From an uncultured Candidatus Binatia bacterium (lineage in GTDB: Bacteria > Desulfobacterota > Binatia > UBA9968 > JAJDTQ01): a stretch of DNA of 64,000 nucleotides. The translations under genes were made by a program, and so were the position numbers. A model generated the notes under the pieces. It saw nothing but the letters and a program-made list of their open reading frames with translations. It did not search any database and was not told where the DNA came from. Positions 18,601-28,063 of the stretch are shown here, one piece after another (position 1 is the first letter of the stretch; every line of letters begins with the position of its first letter). Location: contig OZ244070.1 of the NCBI GenBank assembly GCA_965215605.1, positions 864,001-928,000 on the forward strand. Reading direction: 5' to 3'.

Positions 18601-20136
18601 ACCACAGCGTTGGACGGTCTCCCAGCCGGAACCGATCCGGCAGCTCGCCGCGAGATGGCCCTCATGGGCCTGGCCCGCCAGGACGACGCTTTCGAGCTGG
18701 GCGTCCGACAGGAGGCCGTCCGCAACGACGCGTTCCGGCAGCATGGGGCGGTAGGACGGGGCCGGATGCGGGACGGCCGCCATTGCCGCGGACTGCACGA
18801 GCGGCGTTGGATGCACGACAGCGCCCGGAATCCGGGCGGCGCCCGCCCTCCAGGGCTCGTAGGGTCCGGAGGCGGCGCTGCCTGGGTCCGTGCCGGCATC
18901 CGCCGGGCCGGTCTCGACGCTCAGCTCGGACACGGTTCCCCAGTCATGGGCGGGTTCGGATGCGGGGGCCGCGGGTACAGGCGCGGTCTTTCGCCTGGGC
19001 GGGCGCGGCGCGGCCGCGTTGCCGAAGAGGTCCCGGCCCTGCGTGGCTTGGGCGGCGCGGACTTTCACGGGCAGGCGGGGCGGAACCCGGGCGATGACGG
19101 CGTCGAGCAGTTCCGCGGCAGTGGCGGCGCGGGCGTGGGGATCGACGTCGATGCCGGCCCGGCCCGTGCGGTCGAGCACGGTGAGCCTTGTGTCGAAGCC
19201 CGTGCCCCGGCGCGCGTAGACGCGGCCGTCGACGGCCATGGTGAAGACGACGCGGGCGGGCGGATCGAGGCGCCCGAAGGCGCCGTTCCAGCCGGAATCG
19301 CCGGGAACGCAGTTGGCCGAGGTGACGGCCACGAGCCGGCCTCCCGGCGGCAGCATGGAGAAGGCGGAACGCACATGCCGGAGGTCGGCGTCGTGGCGGA
19401 TGTGGCGGACGCCCGGCGTGGCTGAGAACGGCGGGTTCATGATGACAACGGTGGGCCGGGCGCCCGGCAGGCGGTCGTCGGCGTTCTCGGCGTTCACGCC
19501 GGTGACCAGGGTTTCGGGGAACAGGCGGCACAGGAGGGCGCGGCGGACGTCTGCGATCTCGTTCAGATGCAGGTTCCCGGCGGCGCGGCGCCCGAGCGCG
19601 CATTCCGCCATGACCGCCAGTATGCCGGTGCCCGCGGAGGGCTCCAGCACGACGTCGCCCGGCCGGACCGCAGCGGCCTGGAGTGCCGCGTAGGCCAGCG
19701 GCAGGGGCGTCGAGAACTGCTGGAGGCGGACCTGCTCTTCCGAGCGCTTCGTGTGGGACGGCTCAAGCGCGGCGACAGCCTCCAGCATCCTGAGCATGTT
19801 GGCGGGTCCGTCCGGACCGGCCCCGGCGTGGCGGCGCATGGCCCGGCCGTGGCGGCGGATGAACAGCACGGCCGCGGCCTCGGCGGCCTCGTAGGCGTCC
19901 TTCCAGACCCATGCGCCCTCGGCATCGCCGACGCCGAAGGCGCGCGTCATGGCGTCCCGCAGGGTGGCGGCGTCGAGCGGCCGGCCGGCCTCCAGGACCG
20001 GCAGGAGGGTTGTGGCGGCGGTGAACAGCGCGTCATGTGCGGAAGGCTCGGAGCCCGGGGCGGCGGGGACGGAAGGAAGGGCGTGGGGAACGGGAAGGCG
20101 CGCGGACGCGTCCGCCGCCGTGTGGGCGTCGAGCAT
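15652..20136 (-). CDS. Strawberry-notch family methyltransferase-helicase fusion
   Basis: QQFSTP, LEPSAGTG, NPPF (amino-MTase); GDGTGCGKGR, FDEAH, SATG, QGLGRTHRT. Confidence 0.9.
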   Translation of the reverse strand: MLDAHTAADASARLPVPHALPSVPAAPGSEPSAHDALFTAATTLLPVLEAGRPLDAATLRDAMTRAFGVGDAEGAWVWKDAYEAAEAAAVLFIRRHGRAMRRHAGAGPDGPANMLRMLEAVAALEPSHTKRSEEQVRLQQFSTPLPLAYAALQAAAVRPGDVVLEPSAGTGILAVMAECALGRRAAGNLHLNEIADVRRALLCRLFPETLVTGVNAENADDRLPGARPTVVIMNPPFSATPGVRHIRHDADLRHVRSAFSMLPPGGRLVAVTSANCVPGDSGWNGAFGRLDPPARVVFTMAVDGRVYARRGTGFDTRLTVLDRTGRAGIDVDPHARAATAAELLDAVIARVPPRLPVKVRAAQATQGRDLFGNAAAPRPPRRKTAPVPAAPASEPAHDWGTVSELSVETGPADAGTDPGSAASGPYEPWRAGAARIPGAVVHPTPLVQSAAMAAVPHPAPSYRPMLPERVVADGLLSDAQLESVVLAGQAHEGHLAASCRIGSGWETVQRCGDEDDGDITLTDEGEILSAPVRFRRGWMLGDGTGCGKGRQVAAVILDGWLRGRKRALWLSQSDKLLEDARRDWTALGGGEDDLIPLADFRQGQEIPRSTGILFATYATLRSPSRQGRASRLDQIVGWLAGGLDEDARHAFDGAVVFDEAHAMANAAGGKGARGDVKPSAQGRAGLRLQNALPDARISYVSATGATTVQGLAYAGRLGLWGATETPFESRSDFVSAMEAGGVAAMEVVARDLKALGLYQARALAYDGVEVDILVHELSPEQRRIYDSYAGAFKIIHANIEDALEATGIVQQGSTLNRNAKSAALSAFEGAKQRFFGHLLTAMKCPSLIRAIEADLDAGRSSVIQLVSTGEALMERRIAEIPASEWDDLGIDLTPREAVLDFLAHAFPVQLQEPYTDGDGNLMSRPATDAEGRPVLCREALAQRDALIEKLASLPPVPSALDQVVQHFGHEAVAEVTGRSRRVLRITDGNSERLALRGRPASANLSETAAFMEGTKRILVFSMAGGTGRSYHADLSSANTQRRVHYLLEPGWRADQAIQGLGRTHRTHQASAPLFRPVTTDVKGERRFIATIARRLDSLGAITRGQRDSQTAMGGSDATLFRESDNLESVYARAALRRFYLALSCGNIPDWPLGRFEDATGLKLTWAGSLKEELPPMPRFLNRLLALPIDEQNQLFAELEDRIAAGIEQAMEAGTYEAGVETVRADSLSVAGREALYEHPGAGAATELIEIVRRDRLEPTSADEALGIGEQTDGGPVLVVNDRSDRAAVVLPAPSRMFDDGGVQQRVRLLRPAVRDPMARAELHASNWRKAAEAEWRALWDREMAGLPSHKESRFWLAAGLLLPVWDRLPSENMRVRRLLTDDGEALIGRVLDAGQVRAVRAAFGLAGGIAMTGAEAFEEVMARGTALALANGWRLARRRIMGADRVEIEGPTDSDTGVLKRMGCTVEIISWRTRVFASGPGLLERVIQRWPLAA

Positions 20137-20282
20137 GGATCTCTCCCTCCTGGAAGTGCGTGAAAGTACCGGGGCGCGGTGCGGAACGAATCCTCCCGCA
20201 CGGCGCCTGCGGCCTGCCCCGGACCGGCTGCCCGGCCTCCTCGCGGCGGGGAGCAGACGTGCGGGGGATCACGCGGGATCGG

Positions 20283-20576
20283 CTATCCCTGGTTCCGGGC
20301 GTTCCGCCGTTCGGACGCGCGGGCGCGGCAGTCGTCCATCAGCCGGCGGTATTCGTCGAAGTCGAGATCGGAATCGCCCTGGACGAGGAACGCCAGTTGC
20401 GTGGTCATGAGGCGGACCGCGGCGTCTTCGCTCTGATTGCCGCCCTCGCCGATGACCTGCGTGCATGCCTGGTGGATGGCGAGTGCGACGCCTGACGGGT
20501 TGGACGCGCCGGGATCGACGATGGCGAGGGCGGCCGCATGGCGGTCGTAGCCTTCGGGGAGGTCGAAGAAGCTCAT
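20283..20576 (-). CDS. Hypothetical protein (97 aa)
   Basis: ATG overlaps the upstream stop; RBS GGAGG. Confidence 0.6.
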   Translation of the reverse strand: MSFFDLPEGYDRHAAALAIVDPGASNPSGVALAIHQACTQVIGEGGNQSEDAAVRLMTTQLAFLVQGDSDLDFDEYRRLMDDCRARASERRNARNQG

Positions 20577-20893
20577 AGGTCCGCCCTCCGCATCCGGGCG
20601 ACGAGGCTTTCCACGACGCCGGCGTCGGCGCCGCAGGCTTCGCCCCAGCCGCGGATGTTCGTCTCGAAGTCCTCCAGCGATCCGAGATGCTGGTCGAACA
20701 GCGGGTTTTGGTCGGTCGCGGCCAGCACGCAGTTGCCGGAAACGGCGACGCCGGTGATGGCCGGGCTGGTCATGGGCTTGAGGCCCAGGAGCCAGCAAAG
20801 GAACGCCGAGAACATCGGCGAGAGGTCCGGGCCGCGGCGCGGGTCCATCGGGTGCATGGCCGGCGGCGGGCCGGCGGGATGCTGACGAGTCAT
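20573..20893 (-). CDS. Hypothetical protein (106 aa)
   Basis: Translationally coupled to radC. Confidence 0.6.
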   Translation of the reverse strand: MTRQHPAGPPPAMHPMDPRRGPDLSPMFSAFLCWLLGLKPMTSPAITGVAVSGNCVLAATDQNPLFDQHLGSLEDFETNIRGWGEACGADAGVVESLVARMRRADL

Positions 20894-21471
20894 AACAGGC
20901 CCTCCCGGTTAAAACTGAAGAAGCGGTCGTGCCCGCAGACGACGTGGTCGTGGACCCGGACTCCCAGCACCTCGGCCACCTGCCGGAGCCGATGGGTGAT
21001 GTCCACGTCCTCGCGCGAAGGCGATGGATCGCCCGAGGGGTGGTTGTGGGTGAAGATGACCCCGGCTGCGGACTCGCGGATGACCGGGTTGAAGACCTCC
21101 CTGGGATGAACGACGGACGCCGTAAGGCTGCCCGTGGAAACCCGATGGCGGCGAATCAGCCTGTTCCGGTTGGTCATCAACAAGACATCGAAGTGTTCGC
21201 GGTATTCGTTCACGTACCGCGGCCGCATGTAGCGGTAGGCCTCCTCGGGACTGCTGACCATCGGAGCGTTCTCGTGCACGCAGGATTCGGCTTCGAGCAG
21301 TTGCCGGCCCAGTTCGAACGCCGCCTTGACCCTCCCGGCCTGCGCCGCGGTGAGGCCGTGGCGCCGCAGTTCCCGGACCGTCATCGAATCGAGGCCAAGC
21401 AGGGAGAGGCCGGCGATCCTCGCTGTCCCGTTCGCTCCGATCAGTGCTTCCATCGGGTTCCGTACTTCCAT
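20890..21471 (-). CDS. radC: RadC / JAB domain protein
   Basis: VHPREVF, HNHPSGDPSPSRED, HDHVV. Confidence 0.9.
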   Translation of the reverse strand: MEVRNPMEALIGANGTARIAGLSLLGLDSMTVRELRRHGLTAAQAGRVKAAFELGRQLLEAESCVHENAPMVSSPEEAYRYMRPRYVNEYREHFDVLLMTNRNRLIRRHRVSTGSLTASVVHPREVFNPVIRESAAGVIFTHNHPSGDPSPSREDVDITHRLRQVAEVLGVRVHDHVVCGHDRFFSFNREGLL

Positions 21472-22039
21472 GGCGTCCTCTTTCCCGGCCGGAGTCATCC
21501 GATCCGGCCTCTTGGCCGGTCAGGGGATCAGGCAGTGCAAAATGAGTGCCGGGGAATCGCATCCCGGCGCCGGGGCCGCGGCCGCGGGCATTGGCAACCT
21601 CCATGTGGCTGAAAATGAAAGCGCCCCGCCCTGGCCGGGTGGCCGGGGCGAGGCGCGCAGGGGATGGGGATGCTTGGGCGGAAGGGCCCGGTGGGGTCTA
21701 AAACTTGACGACATGTGTGCGATCGTTGTCAGGGCTCCGGGCGTTCGGGGGCGGCTTCCGGCGCATCTCGGGCGCGAGAAGTCCCATGGGCGGTCTCCTT
21801 GCGGGCGGGATGAATGTCGGGGAGCGGAACGGCCGCTCCCGCGTCCCGGACGCCCTGCGACCGGAAACAGCCGGGCTCGGCTCCGGGCGGCGCGCGGGCA
21901 GTCCTGCAGGAGAGGCGTGGAATGCGGGCGGCCGTCCGGCTCAGGTTGTGTTCCTGGGGCGATCGCCCGGGGCGCCCCAGGGTGGCGCGTCGCTCCCGGT
22001 CGGGCCGGATCGCCGCACCGCGGGTGCGCCTCCGTTGGA

Positions 22040-22363
22040 TCAGTCGTCGGAACGAAATCGCATGCGCGGATGGAAATGTTCGAGGGCGGGCGGTGGTTGC
22101 CTTGCGGCGGCGAGCTTGCCGGCGACGGCCCCGGCGCTGGACGGCTCGATTGCGGCGGCCATTGGTTGTCTCACCTGGCTGTTATCCGCGGCCCAGTCTC
22201 CCAGGTTCGCGGCCGCTTCGGAGTGCAGGCAGTCCTCGCAGACGTTCCAGGTGGCGAGGTCCCCGCGGTCATTGATCTGAAGCTCGAACGCCGGCCGTGT
22301 GTCCCCGCATTCCTCGCATGGCCGGATGTCGAGCGCCCTGGCGGTGATGATGATTTCCTGCAC
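22040..22363 (-). CDS. Small putative zinc-binding protein
   Basis: GTG start after GAAAGGA; CEEC...CEDC. Confidence 0.45.
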   Translation of the reverse strand: MQEIIITARALDIRPCEECGDTRPAFELQINDRGDLATWNVCEDCLHSEAAANLGDWAADNSQVRQPMAAAIEPSSAGAVAGKLAAARQPPPALEHFHPRMRFRSDD

Positions 22364-22566
22364 GGCGCCTGTCCTTTCCGGCGCCGGGCGCCAGGTCCGG
22401 GCCTTCAGGGCCGCTTCGAGCACGGCCCCCTGCTTTTCCAGCGGCCAAGCATGTCTCCGATGATTGCATGCCCGCTTCCCGAATGAGGCGCAATCGCCAC
22501 ACGTCTGCCCGGCTTCCACTTGCAGTCTCGTCCGGCCGCTGCGGAACCCCGGGTGTTCCCCTGACA

Positions 22567-24312
22567 CTATTCGGCGGGATCGCCCAGGGTGACCCGGATG
22601 TCCGGGCGGGTGATGGAGATCTCCACCTTGCGGTTGTTGGGGACGAGCCAGAAGAGCTCGCGCCGGACGGTCTCGGCGATGGAGAGTTCCAGCGCCGAAT
22701 CCTCGCTGCACAGGAGCCTGGTGGCGATGTGGAGCGCCTCTTCGTCGAACCGCACGGCCTGGGTCTCGCGGCTGTCGGCGTCCGCATCGTCGGAGGCCGA
22801 GAAGAAGCTCAGGCGCAGCAACTCCGCGAGCCGGCGCGGTTCCAGGGTGCTGTCCGCGGTGACCAGCGGCAGCGCGTTGCAGACCCAGTCCCAGGCCTCG
22901 CCCGCGAACACCAGATCGGCGGGGAGAACGATCGTGAGGCTCCGGGCGCGGGCGGTCTTGACGGCAAGCGACATGCGGATCGCGTCAGGACGGGCCGCCA
23001 GCGGGGCGGCGGCTCCCGTCCGCTCGGGCGCGGGATAGTCGTGGAGCGGCCACACCGTGCCGTCGGCGGCCGTGAGCTGGGTGTCGATGCCCGTGAGGCG
23101 GTCGAGCCGGTCATACCAACCGTAGCCGTTGAGGCGCTTGTCGGCCTCGAAGAGCCCCTCCGCCATGCCGGCGCGCTCCGCGGCGCGCCACAGCGCTTGC
23201 GCCTCGGGCGGCTCAGGATCGCAGGCGATGACCAGCGCGTCGGGGGCGGCCGGCGCGGGCTTCGGCGGTTCCCGCCAGTCGTCTACGTCGGCGATGCCGG
23301 GCCGCCAGGGTCGGAGGACCGCCGGCGGCGGCGCAAGCTCGATCCCGGCGTCGCGCGCCCGTGTCCAGTCGACAAAGGCGGGACGCGGCTCGGGATCGGC
23401 GGCCATGGCGCGGTAGATCGCCAGGCGCGCCGCCTCGCGCATGTCGGCTAGAAACGCGTTCTCGACGGCTTCCCTGCGCGCGGGCAATTGCAGTTCCAGG
23501 CCGGGGCAGTCCACGACGTCGGCGCGGACGGACCAGATGCCGCGGTGGACGGTCTCGACCGTGGGCAGGCGGACGGCAACCGTCAGCCCGAAGAAGTTGA
23601 GGTCGGGCTCGAGGTAGCCGCGACTGCGGTCCCGGTAGACGCCGAAGGTGAGCCCGTTCCAGCTCTCGGCGTGGACGGCGCCGTCGAGGAAGGCCCGGCG
23701 TTCAAGCGTCTCGCCTTCGAAGGTGACCGGCAGCGGGTAGTGGCGCGCCGCACTGGCGATCGCGGAGCGGATCATGTCCGCGGACACCGTGGCCTGGAAC
23801 TGCACGGCGGCGCCGGATGGATACGGCGCGTTGTCGTCGTACAGGACCTGGGCGTCGCTGTGGCCGGTGAAATGTTCCGGCAAGAGGTCCACGGACCAGC
23901 CATGCCCGAGATGGCCGTCCGGCGTACGCGGCCGCGACGAGATCCGGCAGCCTCGGTGGGCGAGGCTCAGGATTCCCATGCCGGCGGCGTCCTCGCGGGC
24001 CACCATGTCGTCGTTCCAGCCGTTCTCGCCGAAGCTCAGCAGGACGGCGGGGTCCTCGATGCCGGCGCCGTCGTCGGTGACGGTCACGGTCAGGCGCGCC
24101 TCGGACGGCTCCGTCCCGCAGTCGGCGGGCGGGTCAACGGCTGTGCCCACAGTGACGCGGACGCGGGCGGCGCCGGCCCGGCGGGCGTTCTGCAGAGTCT
24201 CGACGAAAATTTCGTAGAGCGTGGATGCAAAGAACCTCGTTACGCGCTTGAGCGCGCTGTCGTGGACCCGGGCGCGAATGGTCGCCGCGGGCGGATTGGC
24301 GGTGCGTGTCAT
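22567..24312 (-). CDS. GHKL-type ATPase domain protein
   Basis: ETLQNARRAGA, VTDDGAGI, AGMG. Confidence 0.8.
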   Translation of the reverse strand: MTRTANPPAATIRARVHDSALKRVTRFFASTLYEIFVETLQNARRAGAARVRVTVGTAVDPPADCGTEPSEARLTVTVTDDGAGIEDPAVLLSFGENGWNDDMVAREDAAGMGILSLAHRGCRISSRPRTPDGHLGHGWSVDLLPEHFTGHSDAQVLYDDNAPYPSGAAVQFQATVSADMIRSAIASAARHYPLPVTFEGETLERRAFLDGAVHAESWNGLTFGVYRDRSRGYLEPDLNFFGLTVAVRLPTVETVHRGIWSVRADVVDCPGLELQLPARREAVENAFLADMREAARLAIYRAMAADPEPRPAFVDWTRARDAGIELAPPPAVLRPWRPGIADVDDWREPPKPAPAAPDALVIACDPEPPEAQALWRAAERAGMAEGLFEADKRLNGYGWYDRLDRLTGIDTQLTAADGTVWPLHDYPAPERTGAAAPLAARPDAIRMSLAVKTARARSLTIVLPADLVFAGEAWDWVCNALPLVTADSTLEPRRLAELLRLSFFSASDDADADSRETQAVRFDEEALHIATRLLCSEDSALELSIAETVRRELFWLVPNNRKVEISITRPDIRVTLGDPAE

Positions 24313-24396
24313 GCGGGGCCTCCATGGTTGGATGGGAAAACGGAAGCGCCCCGTCCGGCGGTGGGCGGGGCGGGCGCTTCCGGGCCGGAGGGCGGG

Positions 24397-26835
24397 TCAG
24401 ACGCGGCGCAGGAACTCGGGGATGTCGGCCCCGTCGCCGTGGTCGTAGCCGTTGACCCGGCCGGCATGGCTTGTGATCTCCGTGGGCGTCGGCGTGCCGG
24501 CAGGCTCGGCGGCCGCGCCGTCGGCTTCGGCGGTTCGATCGTCATCGCCGGCCGTGGGATCGGCCTCGTCACCCGCGGACGCGGTGCTGCCGTTCCCCTT
24601 GGCGATGGCGGCGACGGCCGCCCCCGGGGCCTCGATGCTCTCGGCCGCGAAGACCGGCTGTGGCGGATCGGCGGGTGCGTCGGCGCTCTCCGGTTCCACC
24701 TGCTCTGCGGTGCTGGTGCCTTCCGGTTCCGGCGACGGTTCCAGATCGACCGCGGGGTCCGGCGCCTTGGCGGGCGCTGCTGTCTCCGCGCAGGCATCCT
24801 CGACGCCGGCGCGGCCCGCGTCGAATGCCTTGAAGCCGGGCGGCGTCCAGGCGAGCGCGGCTGCGTGGGCGTCGGCCGTGATCCCGAGCGGAGGGCTGCC
24901 GGCCGCGAAGGCCCCTTCCATCGCCTTGGCCAGCGCGGCCTTCTTGCTCTTGGCCCGCGCCGAGACCCATGCCGGTCCCAAGGTTGCCCTGGCGATGTCC
25001 AGGATGCGCCCCTTGTTGATGCGCGACCACAGCATGTCCGCACTCGGGCGCACCTGGCCTGCGAAGTCGATGTCCAGCCGGGCGACGGTGGCTTCCAGCT
25101 CGGGACGCGCCTGGGGCTCGAAGGCCAACTGGCCCTTGACCGTGCGCGCCACCGAGGCCGCGAAAAGCGCCTGCTTCTCCGCCTCCGGCAACGCCCGGAG
25201 CGCCGCGAACGATTCGCCGTCGTCCTCGATGGTGAGCCAGTCCAGCGGCAGGCTGGAGCGGTCGGCGAGCATCGTCTCGCCCGGGCTCCAGGCGCCGAAG
25301 TCCTGGTCGTTCATGCGCATCGTGGGCCGGTCAGCGGTCTCCCTGATGGCGATGTCGAGCGCATGGTCCCGGTAGCCGCGGGTGAACACGGCGCGGCCGA
25401 GCTGGAACAGCATGAGGTCGAAGGCGGCCTCGAAGTCGTTCCCGAGGTGCGCCTTGACCAGTGCCGTGCGGATCGAGCGGAGATCGCCGGCAAGCCCGAT
25501 CCCGACCCCGGCTTCCTTGCGCGCCTCGGCCTGCGGGTCGGGAGGAGACGCGATGGGCTGGGAGATCGCGTGCCCCTGGAAACGGACGGACCCGGTGGTT
25601 TCATCGCCGTCGCCGTCACCGGCATCGCCCCCGGCGCTGTTGCCGGAATCGGCCGGCTTCGGCATGTCCTCGGGACGGACCAGGCCCCCGATGACCTGAA
25701 GCTCGCCGTTCCATGCGATGGTGGCGATGGCTCCGGCGATCGCGTAGTCCTCCGCCCGGTAGGTCTCGCGGGCCTCGATCGCCGCGCTGATCTCGCCTGT
25801 CCGGGTCTCGATGGCCTCGGCCTCCTCGGCGAGCGCCTCGGTCCAGTCGTCTTCGTCGAGATTGGCGAGCTCGTCCTCGCGGGTGCGGAGACGCTCGAGT
25901 TCCGCCGTCTCCTCATCGGTCGGCGCGGCGGGCTCCGGCTGGATGCGCCCGTAACGCGCCATCGAGGTCCAGTCGACCTCCGGCACGGCCGTTGCCCAGC
26001 GCCAGCGGGTCTGGAGGTCCTTCACGGCCTCGCCCAGCTTGTCCATGGCGAGTTTCTGCAGGAGCACCGGGTCCTCCAGCCAGATTCCGCTCTCGTCCTC
26101 GTCGGCGAAGAGGTCCCGCAACACCGGTCCGCCGGCGGCCTCGTAGGCGTCGACGCCGACGAAACGGGCCATGGCGGAGTTCGCCGGAATCCGCTCTTCG
26201 GTCAGCAGGCGTTTCACCCCCCAGGGGGTCGGACGGCAGCCCTGGTTCGCTACCTGCCCCCAGGCAGCCATCTGGCGGTGGTGATCGGTCGTCACGGCGA
26301 ACGCCTTGAGCGTCTCCAGGTCGATCTCGTCGGCCCGGTAGGCGTCGAGCAGTTCGGGCGCCGCGTTGCCGAGCCGCAGGCGCTGTTCGACCAAAGGCTC
26401 GGAGATGCCGAACCGCGCGGCGATGGCCGCCACCGTGACGCCGGATTCGATGAGCTTCGTGAACGCGGTCACTTGGTCCGCGGGATGCATGGCGATGCGT
26501 ATGACGTTCTCGGCGAGCGACAGCTCACTGGACGAGGCATTGCCGTCGACGACCAGGCACGGCACCGGATGGGCGGCATCGAGTACGCCGGCCGCGGCAA
26601 GGGCCTTGAGCGCGGCGAGGCGGCGGCCGCCCGCGACCACGGCATAGCCGCCGCCGGGGCCTTCGCTTCGGACGATCAGGTTTTCCAGCAGCCCATGGGC
26701 TGCGATGGAAGCCTTCAACTCGGCCTCGGCGGTCGCGTCGGGCGGCGTCTTGCGCACGTTCTCCGGCGCGACGGACAGCCGGTCGAGCGCGATCGGGCGG
26801 ATCGCCGGCTCGTGGACGGGAGCGATGTGGTTCAT
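24397..26835 (-). CDS. ParB-like protein, long leading-region type
   Basis: NVRK, LKASI..HGLLENL, VVAGGRR, LSLAEN..R..MHPAD. Confidence 0.9.
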   Translation of the reverse strand: MNHIAPVHEPAIRPIALDRLSVAPENVRKTPPDATAEAELKASIAAHGLLENLIVRSEGPGGGYAVVAGGRRLAALKALAAAGVLDAAHPVPCLVVDGNASSSELSLAENVIRIAMHPADQVTAFTKLIESGVTVAAIAARFGISEPLVEQRLRLGNAAPELLDAYRADEIDLETLKAFAVTTDHHRQMAAWGQVANQGCRPTPWGVKRLLTEERIPANSAMARFVGVDAYEAAGGPVLRDLFADEDESGIWLEDPVLLQKLAMDKLGEAVKDLQTRWRWATAVPEVDWTSMARYGRIQPEPAAPTDEETAELERLRTREDELANLDEDDWTEALAEEAEAIETRTGEISAAIEARETYRAEDYAIAGAIATIAWNGELQVIGGLVRPEDMPKPADSGNSAGGDAGDGDGDETTGSVRFQGHAISQPIASPPDPQAEARKEAGVGIGLAGDLRSIRTALVKAHLGNDFEAAFDLMLFQLGRAVFTRGYRDHALDIAIRETADRPTMRMNDQDFGAWSPGETMLADRSSLPLDWLTIEDDGESFAALRALPEAEKQALFAASVARTVKGQLAFEPQARPELEATVARLDIDFAGQVRPSADMLWSRINKGRILDIARATLGPAWVSARAKSKKAALAKAMEGAFAAGSPPLGITADAHAAALAWTPPGFKAFDAGRAGVEDACAETAAPAKAPDPAVDLEPSPEPEGTSTAEQVEPESADAPADPPQPVFAAESIEAPGAAVAAIAKGNGSTASAGDEADPTAGDDDRTAEADGAAAEPAGTPTPTEITSHAGRVNGYDHGDGADIPEFLRRV

Positions 26836-26932
26836 GTGGTCCTCCGTGGGAGTTGATGGTTGTGGCGGCGGCTCTCGCGAGCCTTGTCCCGCCGCCCGGC
26901 GCCGGTTGCCGGCCGGCCGCGGACGGGGCGAT

Positions 26933-27790
26933 TCATGGCCTGGCGCTCTCTTCGGTGCGGAGCCCGTCGGACAGGCCGGGCGTTCCGGCGGCGGGTTCGG
27001 CCGGAATACCGGTCAACTCCGGAAGCGGAACGCCCGACGGCGACAGCGTGTGGCCGATACGCTTCTCGATCGCGGCGTACCGGCGATAGAGCGCAGGGCG
27101 AAGCTCGGCGGCGCGGCGCAAATCGAAGCGCGACGAGAAGATGCAGAAACTGCACGAACATCGCGACATCCCCTGCGCGTAGACCCAGTGCGGCGACTGT
27201 CCGGCGTCGCGGATGACCCGGAACGCGTCGGCCTCGGTCAGATCGAAGATCGGCAGCCAGTCGAACCATTCCCGACCGGCGCGGGAATTGGGGTCGTTGC
27301 GTTTCCAGGGAATGCGCTTGGCGCGGTCGGCGCTCTCGTCGCGTCGCAGTCCCATGGCGCTGACCACGCGGCCCTCAAAGCGGGGATGAGCCTTCAGGTA
27401 GCGGCGAAGTTCGCGCTCGATCGGGCCGCGCTTGTGGCCCGCCGTACACCACCGCTGATGGATTCCCGGCCATTTTCCCCGCTCCTCGGCCTGGTCGAGC
27501 AAGGTCTTTCCCGACGCCACTGGCGCGAATATCAGCGGAACGCCGGCCGGGATCGTGTCCTCGATGTGCTCGATCGTGCCCGGCCACTCGACCGCGCGGA
27601 GCGGAGCGTGAACCACAACCAACTGATCGTGAGGCACGATCCGGGCGAGCAGGATCGTCATGGCCTGGCTGTCCTTGCCCCCCGACGAATTGATGGCCAC
27701 GAGCGCGCCGCGGCGGATCATGTCGCGGCATTCGGGCGGGATGTGGAGGTCGGCGGCAGGCCGGCGGCCGCGTGGCGGGCTCTCGCTCAT
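26933..27790 (-). CDS. PAPS-reductase family (PP-loop) protein
   Basis: SSGGKDS, RWCT...K..P, GLRRDES..R, RCSCSFC. Confidence 0.85.
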   Translation of the reverse strand: MSESPPRGRRPAADLHIPPECRDMIRRGALVAINSSGGKDSQAMTILLARIVPHDQLVVVHAPLRAVEWPGTIEHIEDTIPAGVPLIFAPVASGKTLLDQAEERGKWPGIHQRWCTAGHKRGPIERELRRYLKAHPRFEGRVVSAMGLRRDESADRAKRIPWKRNDPNSRAGREWFDWLPIFDLTEADAFRVIRDAGQSPHWVYAQGMSRCSCSFCIFSSRFDLRRAAELRPALYRRYAAIEKRIGHTLSPSGVPLPELTGIPAEPAAGTPGLSDGLRTEESARP

Positions 27791-28029
27791 GCGTCCCTCC
27801 CGTCGTGGTCGGTCAGCGTCATCGCCGCGGTCGGCCATATGAAGAGCGGACGGATGAGAACTTCTGGTTCACCGCCGTCTTGAGGGGGAGGACTGAGATT
27901 GACGGCGGCGATGGCCGTGGTTGGTTCGCCGTCGACGAAGCACGAGACGAGACAGAAATTGTCGAACCGGCCGCTGGTGAGGGCCTCGAACGCGCGGTGG
28001 TGTTCCTCGCTGATATTGGTGTCAGGCAT
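27787..28029 (-). CDS. Hypothetical protein (80 aa)
   Basis: RBS AAGGAGG; coupled to the PAPS-reductase gene. Confidence 0.65.
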   Translation of the reverse strand: MPDTNISEEHHRAFEALTSGRFDNFCLVSCFVDGEPTTAIAAVNLSPPPQDGGEPEVLIRPLFIWPTAAMTLTDHDGRDA

Positions 28030-28063
28030 GGCGGCGACCTCCTTGGCGGTAGCGTGAGGGAGC

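Noticed and set aside
20890-21471. RadC as the missing CBASS Cap3 (JAB)
   Set aside because: It is a typical leading-region RadC 17 kb away, with no evidence of a link.
23488-26856. 1122-aa plus-strand ORF (also 52619-54877, 59024-62071, 41612-43936)
   Set aside because: Antisense or off-frame shadows of real high-GC genes, with no motifs.
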